64,000 nt of DNA. Origin: Octopus vulgaris. Lineage: Eukaryota. A program made the translations under genes and the position numbers. Below, in pieces: positions 42,358 to 54,806 of the stretch (position 1 is its first letter; each line of letters opens with the position of its first letter). A model generated the notes under the pieces. The model was not told where the DNA came from. It made no database searches and saw only the letters and a program-made list of their open reading frames with translations. Location of the stretch: NCBI GenBank assembly GCA_951406725.2, contig OX597815.1, positions 96,844,001 to 96,908,000 on the forward strand. Reading direction: 5' to 3'.

Positions 42358-43633
42358 CTTTCGATTGCTGATGCCATCGAATTATGCGTTCCATCGAAAG
42401 CATACTCACCTCAGTTTCCACCCCATAATCACAAACACCGCGCCTCTTCTACATTTCTCTTTTCCCACCTCTCCGTCTTTCTCTCCTTGTGTCTCACACA
42501 CACGAACACAAAAGCACACAGATACAGTCTCACTATCTTACCATTGGAACCTACGGATGATTCTCTGACGAATGGATAGTGTGAGCCTCGTGAATCAAAG
42601 TGGCTGATCCATTACATCTCCTTCGACATTCCCTGGTTCAATACCTTTTACAATTTGGTTGCTGGACCATGAGGCGCTCTGAATTACAGGAAATCGAGAA
42701 AATCTCAGAATTTCGTAGCTTTCTACACGAACAATAAACCCGTACGTAAATACATATCCGCATAACATATACGCCCGCCCACACACACACTCACACAGAA
42801 ACACAAATACGCCCCTCCATACACAGACTACACCCGGCTAACTATTAGAACAATCTAAAGGACAGACTCCCAGCTGTAATATACGAAGACAGCTAAAGAC
42901 AGGATGGTATAGTTTCAGACACTCTTCATAATTTAAACCAATGCAGGAATGGTAAAATGATTCACGCAGTGACAATCAATATTGGTTAGCTCGCGATTTT
43001 GTGCACTCATAAATGCTCACAGGCATTTACTGTACGCATTCACACTCACTCGCACGCCAAACTGATTGTCCCAAGAATGAAGGTCGGATAAAATGCTTCA
43101 CTTCTCGTTCTCTATTTTCCCTTTTCTAACTCTGCTACAACAGACCCTGCTTCAAGTAGTTCGCTTTAACTGATTTACCTGAACCCTTTCCACTCGTTTT
43201 TTAATCGCCCAACTGATATTGTATATCGCTGTTTGTAACACAATATCTGCGGAGCGGTGGATAAATAAAATAGATTTGCATTAATTGCGATTTTCAACCG
43301 CGCTTAAATATACAGATTTAGATAATTTATTCTTAATTTTACTAAATAAAAACGTTTATATTCTATGCTATAACTTCTCTGTAAATATTAATAATGTAAC
43401 TTTATTACCACCCCTGTTACTTCAACTTCAATTCACGAAACCGTACTAAAATCTTCAACAACATTTACTTACAAAATCTCGAAATGACAAGTCTTGTTAA
43501 AAACGTGAAAATGGTTCATAACATAGATATTTCATTTCTCTGCAATAGTTGTTTTTGAAAAGAAATTACCGCATTTGCATCTGTAAATTCCATACATTTT
43601 AACAAGGGAATTTCTTCATTTCTTTTTCTATTC

Positions 43634-43668
<35 letters not shown>

Positions 43669-43854
43669 TAGGTGAATGAATTATCCTAGTATGGATAATT
43701 CGGGTAATCGATGCCTGGGTAGCAAATTCACGTCAGAAAGCACGGTTGAAGCTACATGCCAAGGGCAGAAACCCCGTGTTCTTGTGTGGAAATTAATGTG
43801 TTTTCTTTATATGAATAAATGAAAGAATGGAGTCGAACGAAGATTTTAACAAAA

Positions 43855-43953
43855 TTCCTTTACTCTCAACACATGTTTCGAAGACTGCATACTCTTAATT
43901 CCGAAGGAATAAAGGGTGCATTATGCCGTCTTCTCATCAGGAAAGACAAAGAA
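43855..43953 (-). ncRNA. Type I hammerhead ribozyme in left (inverted) pseudo-LTR
   Basis: Reverse complement of 45855-45952, with identical core and stems by eye. Confidence 0.8.
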
Positions 43954-44379
43954 CCTCTATCAGCCTCAAGACGAACAAAAACTTTTTGATGACTGCCTAC
44001 ATGGTGTCCACTGTGATAATGATAATGAGTGTTTTTTTTTTTTATAATCCGTTATAAGCAATGACGTCAAAATTGGTTGGAAGGAGGAAGTTCTAAAAAT
44101 ATAGCGCCGCCTTGTCAAAAGCCGCTTATAGAGATAAAGTATCACACATCGACCCAGCCCATTCTAAACCAATATATACTCCTCAGGATAAGAAAACTAG
44201 TAACAATAGAAATAGTGAGAATAATGATTTCAGTTCTAACAACGTCGGCACCCCTGTACATAAGAGAAATAATTTACGGACCAAGGGAGGCAATCGACAC
44301 CCAACCCCAAATTTCCAGCATAGAAATTTTCCCTTTACTGTCACTAGTAACGCTATGAGCAATTCTAAGTCCACAAAAA

Positions 44380-45315
44380 AACTATATCTGGTTTGTTATA
44401 CCTTTCGGAAAACAAATCAAATCGAACCTTCCTTTACAGTTCCCTGAAGCCGTGGCTAGGAACTTTCCCAGGAATTCCAGGTATTGTTATATTATCAATT
44501 CACATAAGGTAAGAATTGCTTTCTCCAACACTAGAAATCGTTCGCAAATTATTGCTTCCCATAATAACAAGCTGCTAAACAAAGATTCTTCACCCGGGAG
44601 TTCCAACACCATTCTTACCAATTCCAAACAAACATACAATAATAATAATAGAAATAGTATTGATAGTAGCAACATTCGTAGCAGCGTTAGTGTTAGCAAT
44701 GATAATATTAATAATAGCAATAGTCGGGTTAATAACACAGGTAGTGTTGATAGTAACAACAACAACATTTCTATTGTCAGGGATATTGCCGGTTATAGTA
44801 CAATTAATAATAATAACAATAATAGAAATAGCGTAGTGGTTAATGCTAGCAGTAATATAAACAGCAATCATAACAATAAAAACTCCGTCTTGATCTCGGA
44901 GGAAAACCCTAACAGATTAAAGTTCTTGTCCAGTAATTCCAAAATTAAAAATTCCATTTACCAGTATAAAATTTCTTCCGGTACCGATGTCTTCTTCTAT
45001 ATTGGTGCGACAACTTCCCAATTGTCCCAGAGAATTTCCAATCATTATTCAACTTTCCGAGATAAGAGAAAACAACAAAGTACAGGGCTAAGTAAATTAG
45101 TTTGGCCTCTTAAGGACAACAATATAACTTTCAAGCTGGATTGGTCCATATTGTCTGTATCCATTCCTTTTGATAAGGGCAGGAAATATTGTGGCATTTG
45201 TAATTCTGAAATCTTCTATATCCTTTTCGCCAAGTTCCCCTTGGTAAACACACTAATAGAAAAATCCTATAAATCTAAGCATTGTCAGAAGCACACTTTC
45301 CACTCATATAAATGA
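44380..45315 (+). CDS. PLE ORF C-terminal fragment: linker with Asn-rich insert plus GIY-YIG endonuclease (5'-truncated, frameshifted near 44375)
   Basis: NYIWFVIPFGKQIKSNL...NFP...INSHKVRIAFSNTRN..QIIASHNNKLL (Neptune-type linker), then SIYQYKI...FYIGATTSQLSQRISNH...STGLSKLVW.LK...CGICNSE. The upstream frame has YSAALSKAAY (thumb end). Confidence 0.8.
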   Translation, partial: NYIWFVIPFGKQIKSNLPLQFPEAVARNFPRNSRYCYIINSHKVRIAFSNTRNRSQIIASHNNKLLNKDSSPGSSNTILTNSKQTYNNNNRNSIDSSNIRSSVSVSNDNINNSNSRVNNTGSVDSNNNNISIVRDIAGYSTINNNNNNRNSVVVNASSNINSNHNNKNSVLISEENPNRLKFLSSNSKIKNSIYQYKISSGTDVFFYIGATTSQLSQRISNHYSTFRDKRKQQSTGLSKLVWPLKDNNITFKLDWSILSVSIPFDKGRKYCGICNSEIFYILFAKFPLVNTLIEKSYKSKHCQKHTFHSYK

Positions 45316-45733
45316 TAAATAATATAGATAACCTCTTTGGTTTTAATAATTAGTTTCACGTCTACACCACTGCCATAGACAAATTATTTCTGTCTACTCC
45401 GTTGCATGAAACATTACTACTAAATATCGTTCGCGTATGTTTATCTCTTTCTCTCTACCTCTACCCCATCTCTCTCTCTCTATATCATACGCACAATCAA
45501 GCACACAGACACAAATTTGTCACCTCACTACTAAATATATTTGAAAATTGTTCCCCCCACACACACAATTACACACACACACACACACACAGAGGCACAA
45601 ATGCAGTTATAGACACACACTCATACACGCGCATAAACAATCAAACTCACTAACAAAAGCAAACACCCGCGCATCCCCATACATACAGCATACATACTGT
45701 CCCCTTCCTATTTTTAGAACTTCCTCCTTCCAA

Positions 45734-45758
45734 CCAATTTTGACGTCATTGCTTATAA
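45734..45758 (+). promoter_or_regulatory. Putative pseudo-LTR promoter motifs: CCAAT, CRE (TGACGTCA), TATA-like TTATAA
   Basis: CCAAT 45734-45738, TGACGTCA 45741-45748, TTATAA 45753-45758. Mirrored on the minus strand at ~44052-44076. Confidence 0.4.
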
Positions 45759-45854
45759 CGGATTATTAAATAAAAACACTCATTATCATTATCACTGTGG
45801 ACACCATGTAGGCAGTCATCAAAACGTTTTTGTTCGTCTTGATGCAGATAGGGG

Positions 45855-45952
45855 TTCTTTGTCTTTCCTGATGAGAAGACGGCATAATGCACCCTTTATT
45901 CCTTCGGAATTAAGAGTATGCAGTCTTCGAAACATGTGTTGAGAGTAAAGGA
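45855..45952 (+). ncRNA. Type I hammerhead ribozyme in right pseudo-LTR
   Basis: CTTTC-CTGATGA(45868-45874)-GAAGAC...GTCTTC-GAAA(45929-45932)-C-ATGT-GTT-GAGAG. Predicted cleavage after 45940 (GUU). Confidence 0.82.
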
Positions 45953-45991
45953 ATTTTGTTAAAATCTTCGTTCACCTCCATTCTTTCATTT

Positions 45992-46078
<87 letters not shown>

Positions 46079-46976
46079 AACATGTATGCCAAAACAATTA
46101 AATCAGTTTCTTTCATTATTTTTTCACCCTTTTACAACTGTTATTTAGGAAATTATAAAATATTCTATATCCATCTACCATCTCAAAATATAAGTCAAAT
46201 ATTTCCATGAAAATATAAAAGTATGAAAAATACAAATGTCCTGAATATAGCTACAAACGGTACTCGGAAATAATACGTTAATGAGCTTGTAGATTTAAAA
46301 AATTTCATTTCTAGTAAACATAGAATAAAATAAAATAAAATGAACAGTTACTTAAGAAACTTACTGATTTTATTAATGAAGTAGATTCCTTGTAATCTTT
46401 AGTGAAAGTGGAATGAATAAATATTCTCTTTCGGATTTCGAAACAAACGTTGAACATCTCGTATGCAAATTTACTTTCCACGGTTATTTGATAACAACTA
46501 GTGCATGTATGCCTAATTTTGTTAATTGAATTGAATGGATGCCTTATGTTTGATTAATTGAATGGAATTCAAGAAAAAATATATTCTGGTCACACTACTA
46601 CGGTCACACTACAAACGTTTGCGTTTCACAATGAAAATGATGCCTTTACTAAATCCAAAACAGAAACTATGAGGTAATATGTCGATCGCTGACTCTTAAA
46701 CTACTAAAGCATTGGAGAAGACTTGTTATCCCATGTAAAGGACTTCTTTCCCTGATCATAAGGAAACATCCATCATCCATCCTCTGTAGCCAGAATTCAA
46801 ACAACGCGTGTATATTTTCTTTAAACATTGCTAGCATATATGATTAATCTTCCAAATCTCTCTGTCTTACATCGTGTTTCAATCGACGAGATTCAACTGA
46901 CAGGGTACATAATTTTAACACATATTGCAAGATATTCCACTGTTTTCTGTAATGCATTGTGAAAATACTACAGTTA

Positions 46977-47348
46977 TCTCTCTCTATATAAACGGCAGTT
47001 TGTCTGTGCGTGTTTCTGTGTGTCTGTTTGCTTGTACCCTCACTCTGACCACGGCTTTCAACCGATTCTGATGAAACTTGACACACACATAGCCCAATGT
47101 CATAATTCAAAACTAACGCAGCGAAAATTTTGAAAAGTTCCCCCAGTTCTGAAAAAAATCGATAAATTCGACATGGGGTCGAGAATCAGAAACCCAAACC
47201 ACAGACCGTCTAGGGGACGCAACTCCACCTTTTTAACTCTCAAAAAAATTTACCATCATTTTTTTTCTATTTTTTGGCTATAACTCTCTAAAAATGCTTT
47301 ATAGTTATTTCCCTTACAAACCTGAGCAACGCCGGGCGATACTGCTAG
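46977..47348 (+). mobile_element. Non-autonomous Helitron
   Basis: A|TCTCTCTCTATATAAAC 5' end. Subterminal GC-rich CCTGAGCAACGCCGGG, then CTAG|T 3' end, inserted in an AT dinucleotide. Confidence 0.85.
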
Positions 47349-48963
47349 TATTACATAAATTGTGACTCATTGGTCCATGCGAATTACATTGCCTACTTTC
47401 TGGTGATTCGTGATAATGATTGTTGTTGGTTGTCTTCCATTGTGTTGTTTGCTTTCAATGTTAGCTTCCACTTCTTTAAAGCCTTCACCCATATGCAAAC
47501 ATTGCTCTTTCTATAGGGCATTACCATTATTGTATGTTAAGTTAATTCAGTCAATAATCCCACTGGAAAAAAGTATGTATCCAACTTTCTTGCATAGAAG
47601 CGTTCTCGAGCAAATGAGGCGGGAATTCAAAGGAGACGAATTGTTCGTGTTTCGCTTCAGGGTGTCATGAAGATAATCTACACTGGAAGTAGATGATAAT
47701 AACCAGAATTAGAATGGAGAATGGTGGGGAGAAGAACCGAAAGTAAATATTTGTCATGAGAAAAAGTGCGACCGTATTTACGTACTTGCAAGGGAATATA
47801 ATAGTTGAAAACCGCACGACTGAATTCATGGAGGTATGAAAAGGGAACGAATGACAGAGCAAGTAATTGATTGTTAAATATATCCAGAAACATCGCCCCT
47901 TAAATAAAAACGTCAAACTTTGTTCACGAAGGTATCTGATGAAGTGGTCGGTGATACCAGCGTAGACAAAAAAGGGAAAGATTATGGCCAGTAAATTAGG
48001 AAGGGTATGCATAATGTTTATTAGAACCAGGCTTGTTAAATCATACGTTAAGTAAATATCTTTGCATCGATTTCTCAACCTACTGCGAGTGTCAAATAAA
48101 TAAAAGTGAATTCACATAAAAGATTGCGCTGTTTATTTCTTAAGAACACGTTTTGTAGTAGTCTACACAGATGTATCAGTATCACCTTATAATATTCTAA
48201 ATTAATAGTACATATTAACTGTTTAAGCATTGGACTGTATTATACAATCACTATGTAGCTGGTTGGTAAAAGCTGCATTGCTATTTCCAGTTCATAAATT
48301 TGCTCCTTTGGATTAGAGATTCTTTATAAGGTTATAATTTATTCATGATCACAATTTGTATGTGCGCTCGGAATTTAAATTTTAATAAAAGTGGATCAAG
48401 TAGCTCTCGGAGATCAAAAGTGATTTTAGGGGAAAAAAATAAAATAGAACGTTCGCCTTCACTGGGAATTTGCCATAATATTGTGTATAGCCATATATCC
48501 TGCATAGGTGGCAACAATATAAACGATAGTTTTTTATTCAATATAGGTATATTAAATTGATTTCGAAATTAATATACGTGAGATAGCGTTGACTATTATT
48601 GTACACCTATATAAATATTAAATATATAAATATTATAAGCATCAGGTTCCAGTCGTAGTGAAATACAATGTATTGTTTTACTAGAAATGAATAGATATTG
48701 CATTTAGTCTTTGTTTTTCCCGTTGCTGTCGTTGTTAATGTTGTTATTCTTTGCGTTAGTGTAATAGCTGAAGCGGTAATAATTTACGCTTGATTTAACC
48801 GTGTCGAGATAACAGCCTTTGAAGGTATGACGATTTATATCTTTTGAGAAAACATCTACATAATGCATTATCCAATGTAGGGTTAGATACCATCATTTCA
48901 AAGTGGTATTTAAAATAGTCAGTTTGCTTGTCAAGGAAACAAAGCAACGAAATGAATCATCCC

Positions 48964-49028
<65 letters not shown>

Positions 49029-49029
49029 C

Positions 49030-49320
49030 GTGGAGGCGCAATGGCCTAATGGTTAGGGCAGCGGTCGTAGGATCGCAGTTTCGAATCCCAGACCGGGCGT
49101 TGTGAGTGTTTATTGAGCGAAAACACCTAAACCTCCACGAGGCTCCGGCGATCCCTGGTGGCGATCCCTGCTGTACCCTTTCGCCACAACTTTGTTCTGT
49201 TCGCCTGCTCGCTTAGCCAGCGGGGTGGCGTCATTTGAAGGCTAAAACAATGCGAAGCGCATTGTGACCAGCGATGTGTAACATATGATGGCCTGGTCGG
49301 TCACGGTGATCACGGTGATA
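49030..49320 (+). mobile_element. tRNA-derived SINE (family A, tail type 2)
   Basis: Homologous to 12628-12934. Ends CACGGTGATCACGGTGATA and sits in TA-rich repeats. Confidence 0.9.
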
Positions 49321-52169
49321 TATACATACATACACACACACATATATATGTATGTATCTATGTATATCTCAGCATGATCTGTATATGGTTCCTAGACAGC
49401 TCTTCTAATCACTGTTTAATATCCTTAGACAATATATTTTCCACTTACCTATAAGTTCGATTAATTGTTTTCTACAGTTATTTATCAAATAACACTGAAA
49501 TAAGTTTTATATTACTATTACTTTGACAGACTATATCCATTGTTGGACCATAAACTCCATAATATAGCGTTTTATCATTTACATCCAATCATTTAATATA
49601 TTTCATGTATTAATCAAATTTACACTACCACGAGCAACATAAAAGATAGCCTTATGCAAAATGTGACAGTTATCTTCCTTTGAATAGAATACGTCTTGAT
49701 CTTTATATCCCAGTGTACCGGTCACATTAACGCTTTCTAAAGTCCCGTTCAATGATATTATAGCATATGTTCTGTTGCTTTATAATTAAAGATTGCTAAC
49801 CTCATCACGTTTCAGAAACGCAAAGGCGCATTTATTTTCGCTATTTTAAATTAATTCCTTCAAACTCTTGAATAGTTTCCGAACATAATGTTCAAACGGA
49901 AGAGACTTTCTGATACCGCAACACCTTATGGCCACGTGTAGCTTAATTTCATTGTGCTTTTGAATTGCGCAATATTTCAACGTTTACATGCTGAAATTCT
50001 GCCTTAATTTTTAAAATAGTGCAGATAGTCGAGTATACAAGATGCTAAAAATGAGTCTGGATTACATTGATTCGCATTCTGCCGATGCTGCATTATGTAC
50101 ATAGGCAAGGCCAAGTCTACCTTTTTTAATGCACACGAAAAAATGGGAAGTCTTACATCTTTAACATTGAGCAGTAGTGTGAAATGTGCAACTTAATTTA
50201 ATGTATTGTAAATTGAGGATGCACACCTGCCATTACTTCTTGTATGCAGAAAGAAATTTTGGTTTAAGGTTAGTCGTTTTCATGTTACTTTATTTCATTG
50301 ATTACTTCACTTTAGCAATTTCTCAGATCCCTCAAGAAATTGCATTATCTCATGCATTGTTATGATATTATATATTGCACATTGTATGGAATATGGCATC
50401 AAATCTGTAAATAACTAATACTTATAACATATATAATGTATATAGTGCATCAAACTATGACTTAAAATGTTAGTTCCAGTTGTTAATCTCCCATTTATGA
50501 ATATACATGTGAATTTGATTCATGATATGGTAACATTTGTTGCAAATGTGATTTTAAAATAAACCATTCCGCGATATCTAAAATGTAAGCCTAAAATATG
50601 TTTGGAGCACATTTTAAATCCATTGAATATTCTCTAATATACTGCTGAATTGCTGAAGCAGAAATCTAAATTTGTAAGTTTACTAATTCATGGGATATAT
50701 AAACAATTTGGGGTTTTCAGGAACAGTCGATGCATAGAAAGAATCTAAACAATTTAATTAAATACCATCTCCAAAAATTGATATTCATTATAAATACTTC
50801 CATGGTGTGTATTTATTATTAATAGAGTTGATTCTAAATGGATTTCTGAAGGCACTTTGGAGAATGTATTAAATAATTGCAATCAGTATCGATTAAAAAT
50901 ATTACAAAACACAGCAAATAACGGAAATATGTGAGCACAATGATGGAAATATTCATATTGTTCACAACAGTTTTAAATGAATACATACGTTTGTGAGATA
51001 CAATATTACAAGGCAATAAATAAGGTGATATTAAAATATATGTACAAATAAAAGTTATTGTGCTAAATTCTTAAATGGCAATGCACACATATTTATTTAG
51101 AAAAATAAATAATTACTATAATTATTCTATTTGTATATCATTATATTCAAAACAATTCGTAAAGTACTACTATAATATTAACGGTAAAAATTTTCAGATA
51201 AAATTTCTATCGTTTATACAAAGAGTATTAACAAAAGTACAGCCAATAAAAATATACGCTTGTGTTTGTGTATGTGCATATGTGCGTTTATGCACATATA
51301 TATCAGCATACAAATCGCTCTAAATAAAACAAAAATAATATACGCAAATAATTAAATATAGCTCCATCTCGATGTATTCAAAATTTAGAAGCAGCAAACG
51401 GCATAACTCCAATGACATTACACAAACAAAAACTTTTAGGAAATGCTTTAAATGGAATATTGGGGGCTGGTCTAGTATTTAAAACTGAAGGATGAAGGCA
51501 AATGATATATTTTGCTTTATTTTATCTCAACAATTACACTTTAGATAATCGCTTATACAAGAGTTTTAAACTCCCTCACACACACTCACATACACACGCA
51601 CACACAAATATACACACACACACAAACGCACTCGCTCTCTCTCTCTCTCTCATATACACACACACCGAAACATATGTAGTAGAAATTATGGGTACGAATG
51701 AATACACAACTACAATTGATGCTGCTATGTTTAAACCTTCACGTAGATTTTTCATAATCCATCATTCTGTATTCTGTTTACTTCTTAAGTAAATTGTATG
51801 CCTACTAGTGCTACTTGTTATGAATTGCAAAGCAAAGGCAGGAGCAATAACGATACATACAGATTTACATAGTAATTCCTTCGCGCCTTTCAGCATTACC
51901 GCTGTTGAAGGCAGAAAATAGCTGTTCCAAATGGTCAAGCACAAGGGATAGTCAGGCAAGAATAAACTAATTTATAAGCTTGTTTATCCTTATTTTTCTT
52001 TTTCTCCTCCTCACTCACACATATGCAAGTATGTACACACACATATACTCAAATACACACACATACGCACACGTGCATATATATATATATATGCGTGTGT
52101 GTGTGTGTGCATGTGTGTGTGTATAGAGCGTTAGGTGTGATATAAAGAAATTGAAAATTGAGAAAAAAG

Positions 52170-53860
52170 TCGTCAGGAGTTGTAAAAGTAAACTTTTATT
52201 TCTTCATTATTATTTGCACTTTCGTTCGTTTCTCGAACTTGTGAATGTACAAATAGCTTGTTCATTTGTATAAAACAGTCGTTTTGGGTAGATTGTTTGT
52301 CTCTTGTTTGTCTTTCTGCTCTTTTTTGTGTTTGGATTAGCGACTTTTGTTTCAACATTTTTGGTTTTGTTGAGGACTTTTATATTTTAGTTTATTTTAT
52401 TAATGGCGAACAAATGTAAGAAAGCCTTGGAGTTGCGAATTGTGGCCCCCAAGGAGTGGCGAAAAAGCAATGATGAGAGAATGGTGATGTTGCGGACATA
52501 TTGCAAGGTCCGCGACACCATCTGTGTATTCTCTCAGACTGAAATTGAAGAAGAGTTGGAGGGGTTTGCGCCAACTTCTAGGTTCATCCGTAGGGGTGCA
52601 AATGGTGATCGTGTTTTTCGACACCCCTACGGAGGCTCAGAAATTTGCGAGCCAACCTATGGATGGAAGGAAGATTTTGATTCTCCCTACCTATGGTGGT
52701 CGCAAATTGACAAGACGCTGAGTGTGTGGGCTGCCGCCCGGTATAGAGGCTGGATGGATAGAAGATTCTATATGTCGAGGCTCATGAATGTAAAAATACT
52801 GCCTGCGGTCGATTGGTTCTGGTCAAAAGCAATTTGACCCTACGGGCCCAATCGGCCGAAGAACTGGTTTTACCAGATTTCTTGACAATGCCCGGTTCCA
52901 CGCACCCGATGATCATTGAGGGATGCCTCCTGAAGTGTCATCTGTGCTAGGAATCAGGGCACATGAAGAAGAATTGTTGCCGGGACCAGCCGAAGGTCCT
53001 GGAACAGTTGATTGATGATGACTGTAATTCCCGTTTCCCTAATGGAACTTCCTGTTTCTTCATTGGAGGGAGGGAGTTAGAGAGGGAGAAAGTCGAGTAG
53101 GAGGTAATCTCCTCGAGAAAAGGTAGTAAGAAAAATATGGTGGGCAGCAATGGTTACTGAGGTGGCGGGGGGGGGGAGTAGGGAGCTCCGGGCATATCGG
53201 AGGAACTCCACCCTCCCGTCGCAAAAAGGAAAAAAAAAGAAGAAAAAGAAAAATATGGGCATTGCAGGCGACGGAATATCCCGAAATCCCTTCGGTGGGA
53301 TGTGTGTCACCAGAGTGGGAGAAGAAGGAAACCTCGTCGGTGAGATGTGTGTCACCGAGCAAGGTAGTTGCGGGCCCTCTCAATGAAAGTGATGAGGAAT
53401 TTGCATTCCTCTATCGCAGGGGAGGGGCGATTGAAGAGTATGTGGAGAATAATCTTGATAGTCGGGTTCTAATGAACCGGATTGTTATCGACAGTCCAGT
53501 GTGTCCTTCGCAGGTGGCTGCACTGGTACTGGAAAGAAAAGAATTTTTCCACAGGTCAAGATACTTCCCAAAGGAGGACTACAGATTACTTTTTTTTGGT
53601 TCCGATTGGTAGTTGCAGGAATATCTGCAGGCCGCAAAAGAGTTAATTGGGGAGTAATGTAAGGAGTTTATCGCCTCCAAATGTATGTGTATAAGGTTCG
53701 TTTCGTTTGTGTGGACTTCTAGTCCAGTTTTTTGTATATATTTGTAAGAAGGTTAATGCCTCTCTATATGTTTTTTTAACGAAGAATGTTTTAGAGAAGC
53801 AAAGTGTCGGCGGGCGCTTTCTGTCTTCTCTCATCTTTATCATCTTGTATTATTATTATT
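52170..53860 (+). mobile_element. Disrupted gag/ORF1-like retroelement (L1/Tx1-type ORF1 with CCHC zinc knuckle)
   Basis: T-rich leader and ATG at 52403. Frameshifted pieces include LPTYGGRKLTR..V.GLPPGI and MIIEGCLLKCHLC*ESGHMKKNC (CX2CX4HX4C at 52936-52977). Ends near (TAT)n at ~53848. Confidence 0.6.
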
Positions 53861-53939
53861 ATTCGCCTCATTAATGTCTTGTCCAGTCCGCAAAGCTACA
53901 TAGCTGTGTACTTGCCTTTATGGCAAATGATACAAAATA

Positions 53940-54287
53940 AAGTAGCTTGCTTAACAACCACATGGTTCCGGGGTCCGTCCCACTGCGTTGCACCTTGAGC
54001 AAGTGTCTTCTACTATAGCCTCAGACCGACCAAAGCCTTGTAAGTTGATTTGTTTGACGGGAACTGAAAAAAAACGTCGTATATATGTGTGTGTGTGTGT
54101 ATATGTTTGTGTGTCTGTGCTTGTCCCTCCATCATCGCTTGACTACCGATGCTGGTGTGTTTATGTCCCCGTAAGTTAGCGTTTCGGCAAAAGAGGCCGG
54201 TAGAATAAGTCCTGGGGTCGATTTGCTCGACTAAAGGCGGTGTTCCAGCATGGCCGCCGTCAAATGATTGAAGCAAGTAAAAAAAAG
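53940..54287 (+). mobile_element. SINE family B
   Basis: Matches 12436-13195 and 28938-29395. Tail GGCGGTGTTCCAGCATGGCCGCCGTCAAATGATTGAAGCAAGTAAAA. Confidence 0.88.
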
Positions 54288-54461
54288 GTGCGGTGTCGTC
54301 ATGCAGAAGTACATTTCATCACAATATTATCTCCTAAATTGAATGTTTGAAAGAAAAGGGGATATACTACATTTTGTATTCTAAATATAACTCAAAGAGG
54401 AGAAATAGAAAGAGGAAAAACAAAGAGAATGGGAGAATGAAGAGAGGAAGAGAGAAAGAAA

Positions 54462-54510
<49 letters not shown>

Positions 54511-54524
54511 TTGTCTGTCGGACA

Positions 54525-54570
<46 letters not shown>

Positions 54571-54806
54571 AATTATATCTATCTATCAGCTTATCTACCT
54601 ACCTAGATTTCTATCGATCTGTCTCCATTATCCTGGATCCTCACCCCAAAAAACCAAAAACAATGTTCTATTTTTCTAAACAACCCTACCAAAAGAAAAG
54701 ATAAACGAATAAGCTGTTTGTACATTCACAAAATTTTATTTGACATCTTCGAGAAACGAACGAAAGCGCTTATAATAATGAAGAAATAAAAAAGATTATA
54801 TATATA

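Larger units (their letters stand above)
43666..45993 (+). mobile_element. 5'-truncated Penelope-like retroelement (Neptune-type) with inverted pseudo-LTRs, inserted in (TA)n
   Basis: Inverted repeats at 43815-44101 and 45709-45993 flank thumb/linker/GIY-YIG coding sequence. (TA)n lies on both sides. Confidence 0.9.
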
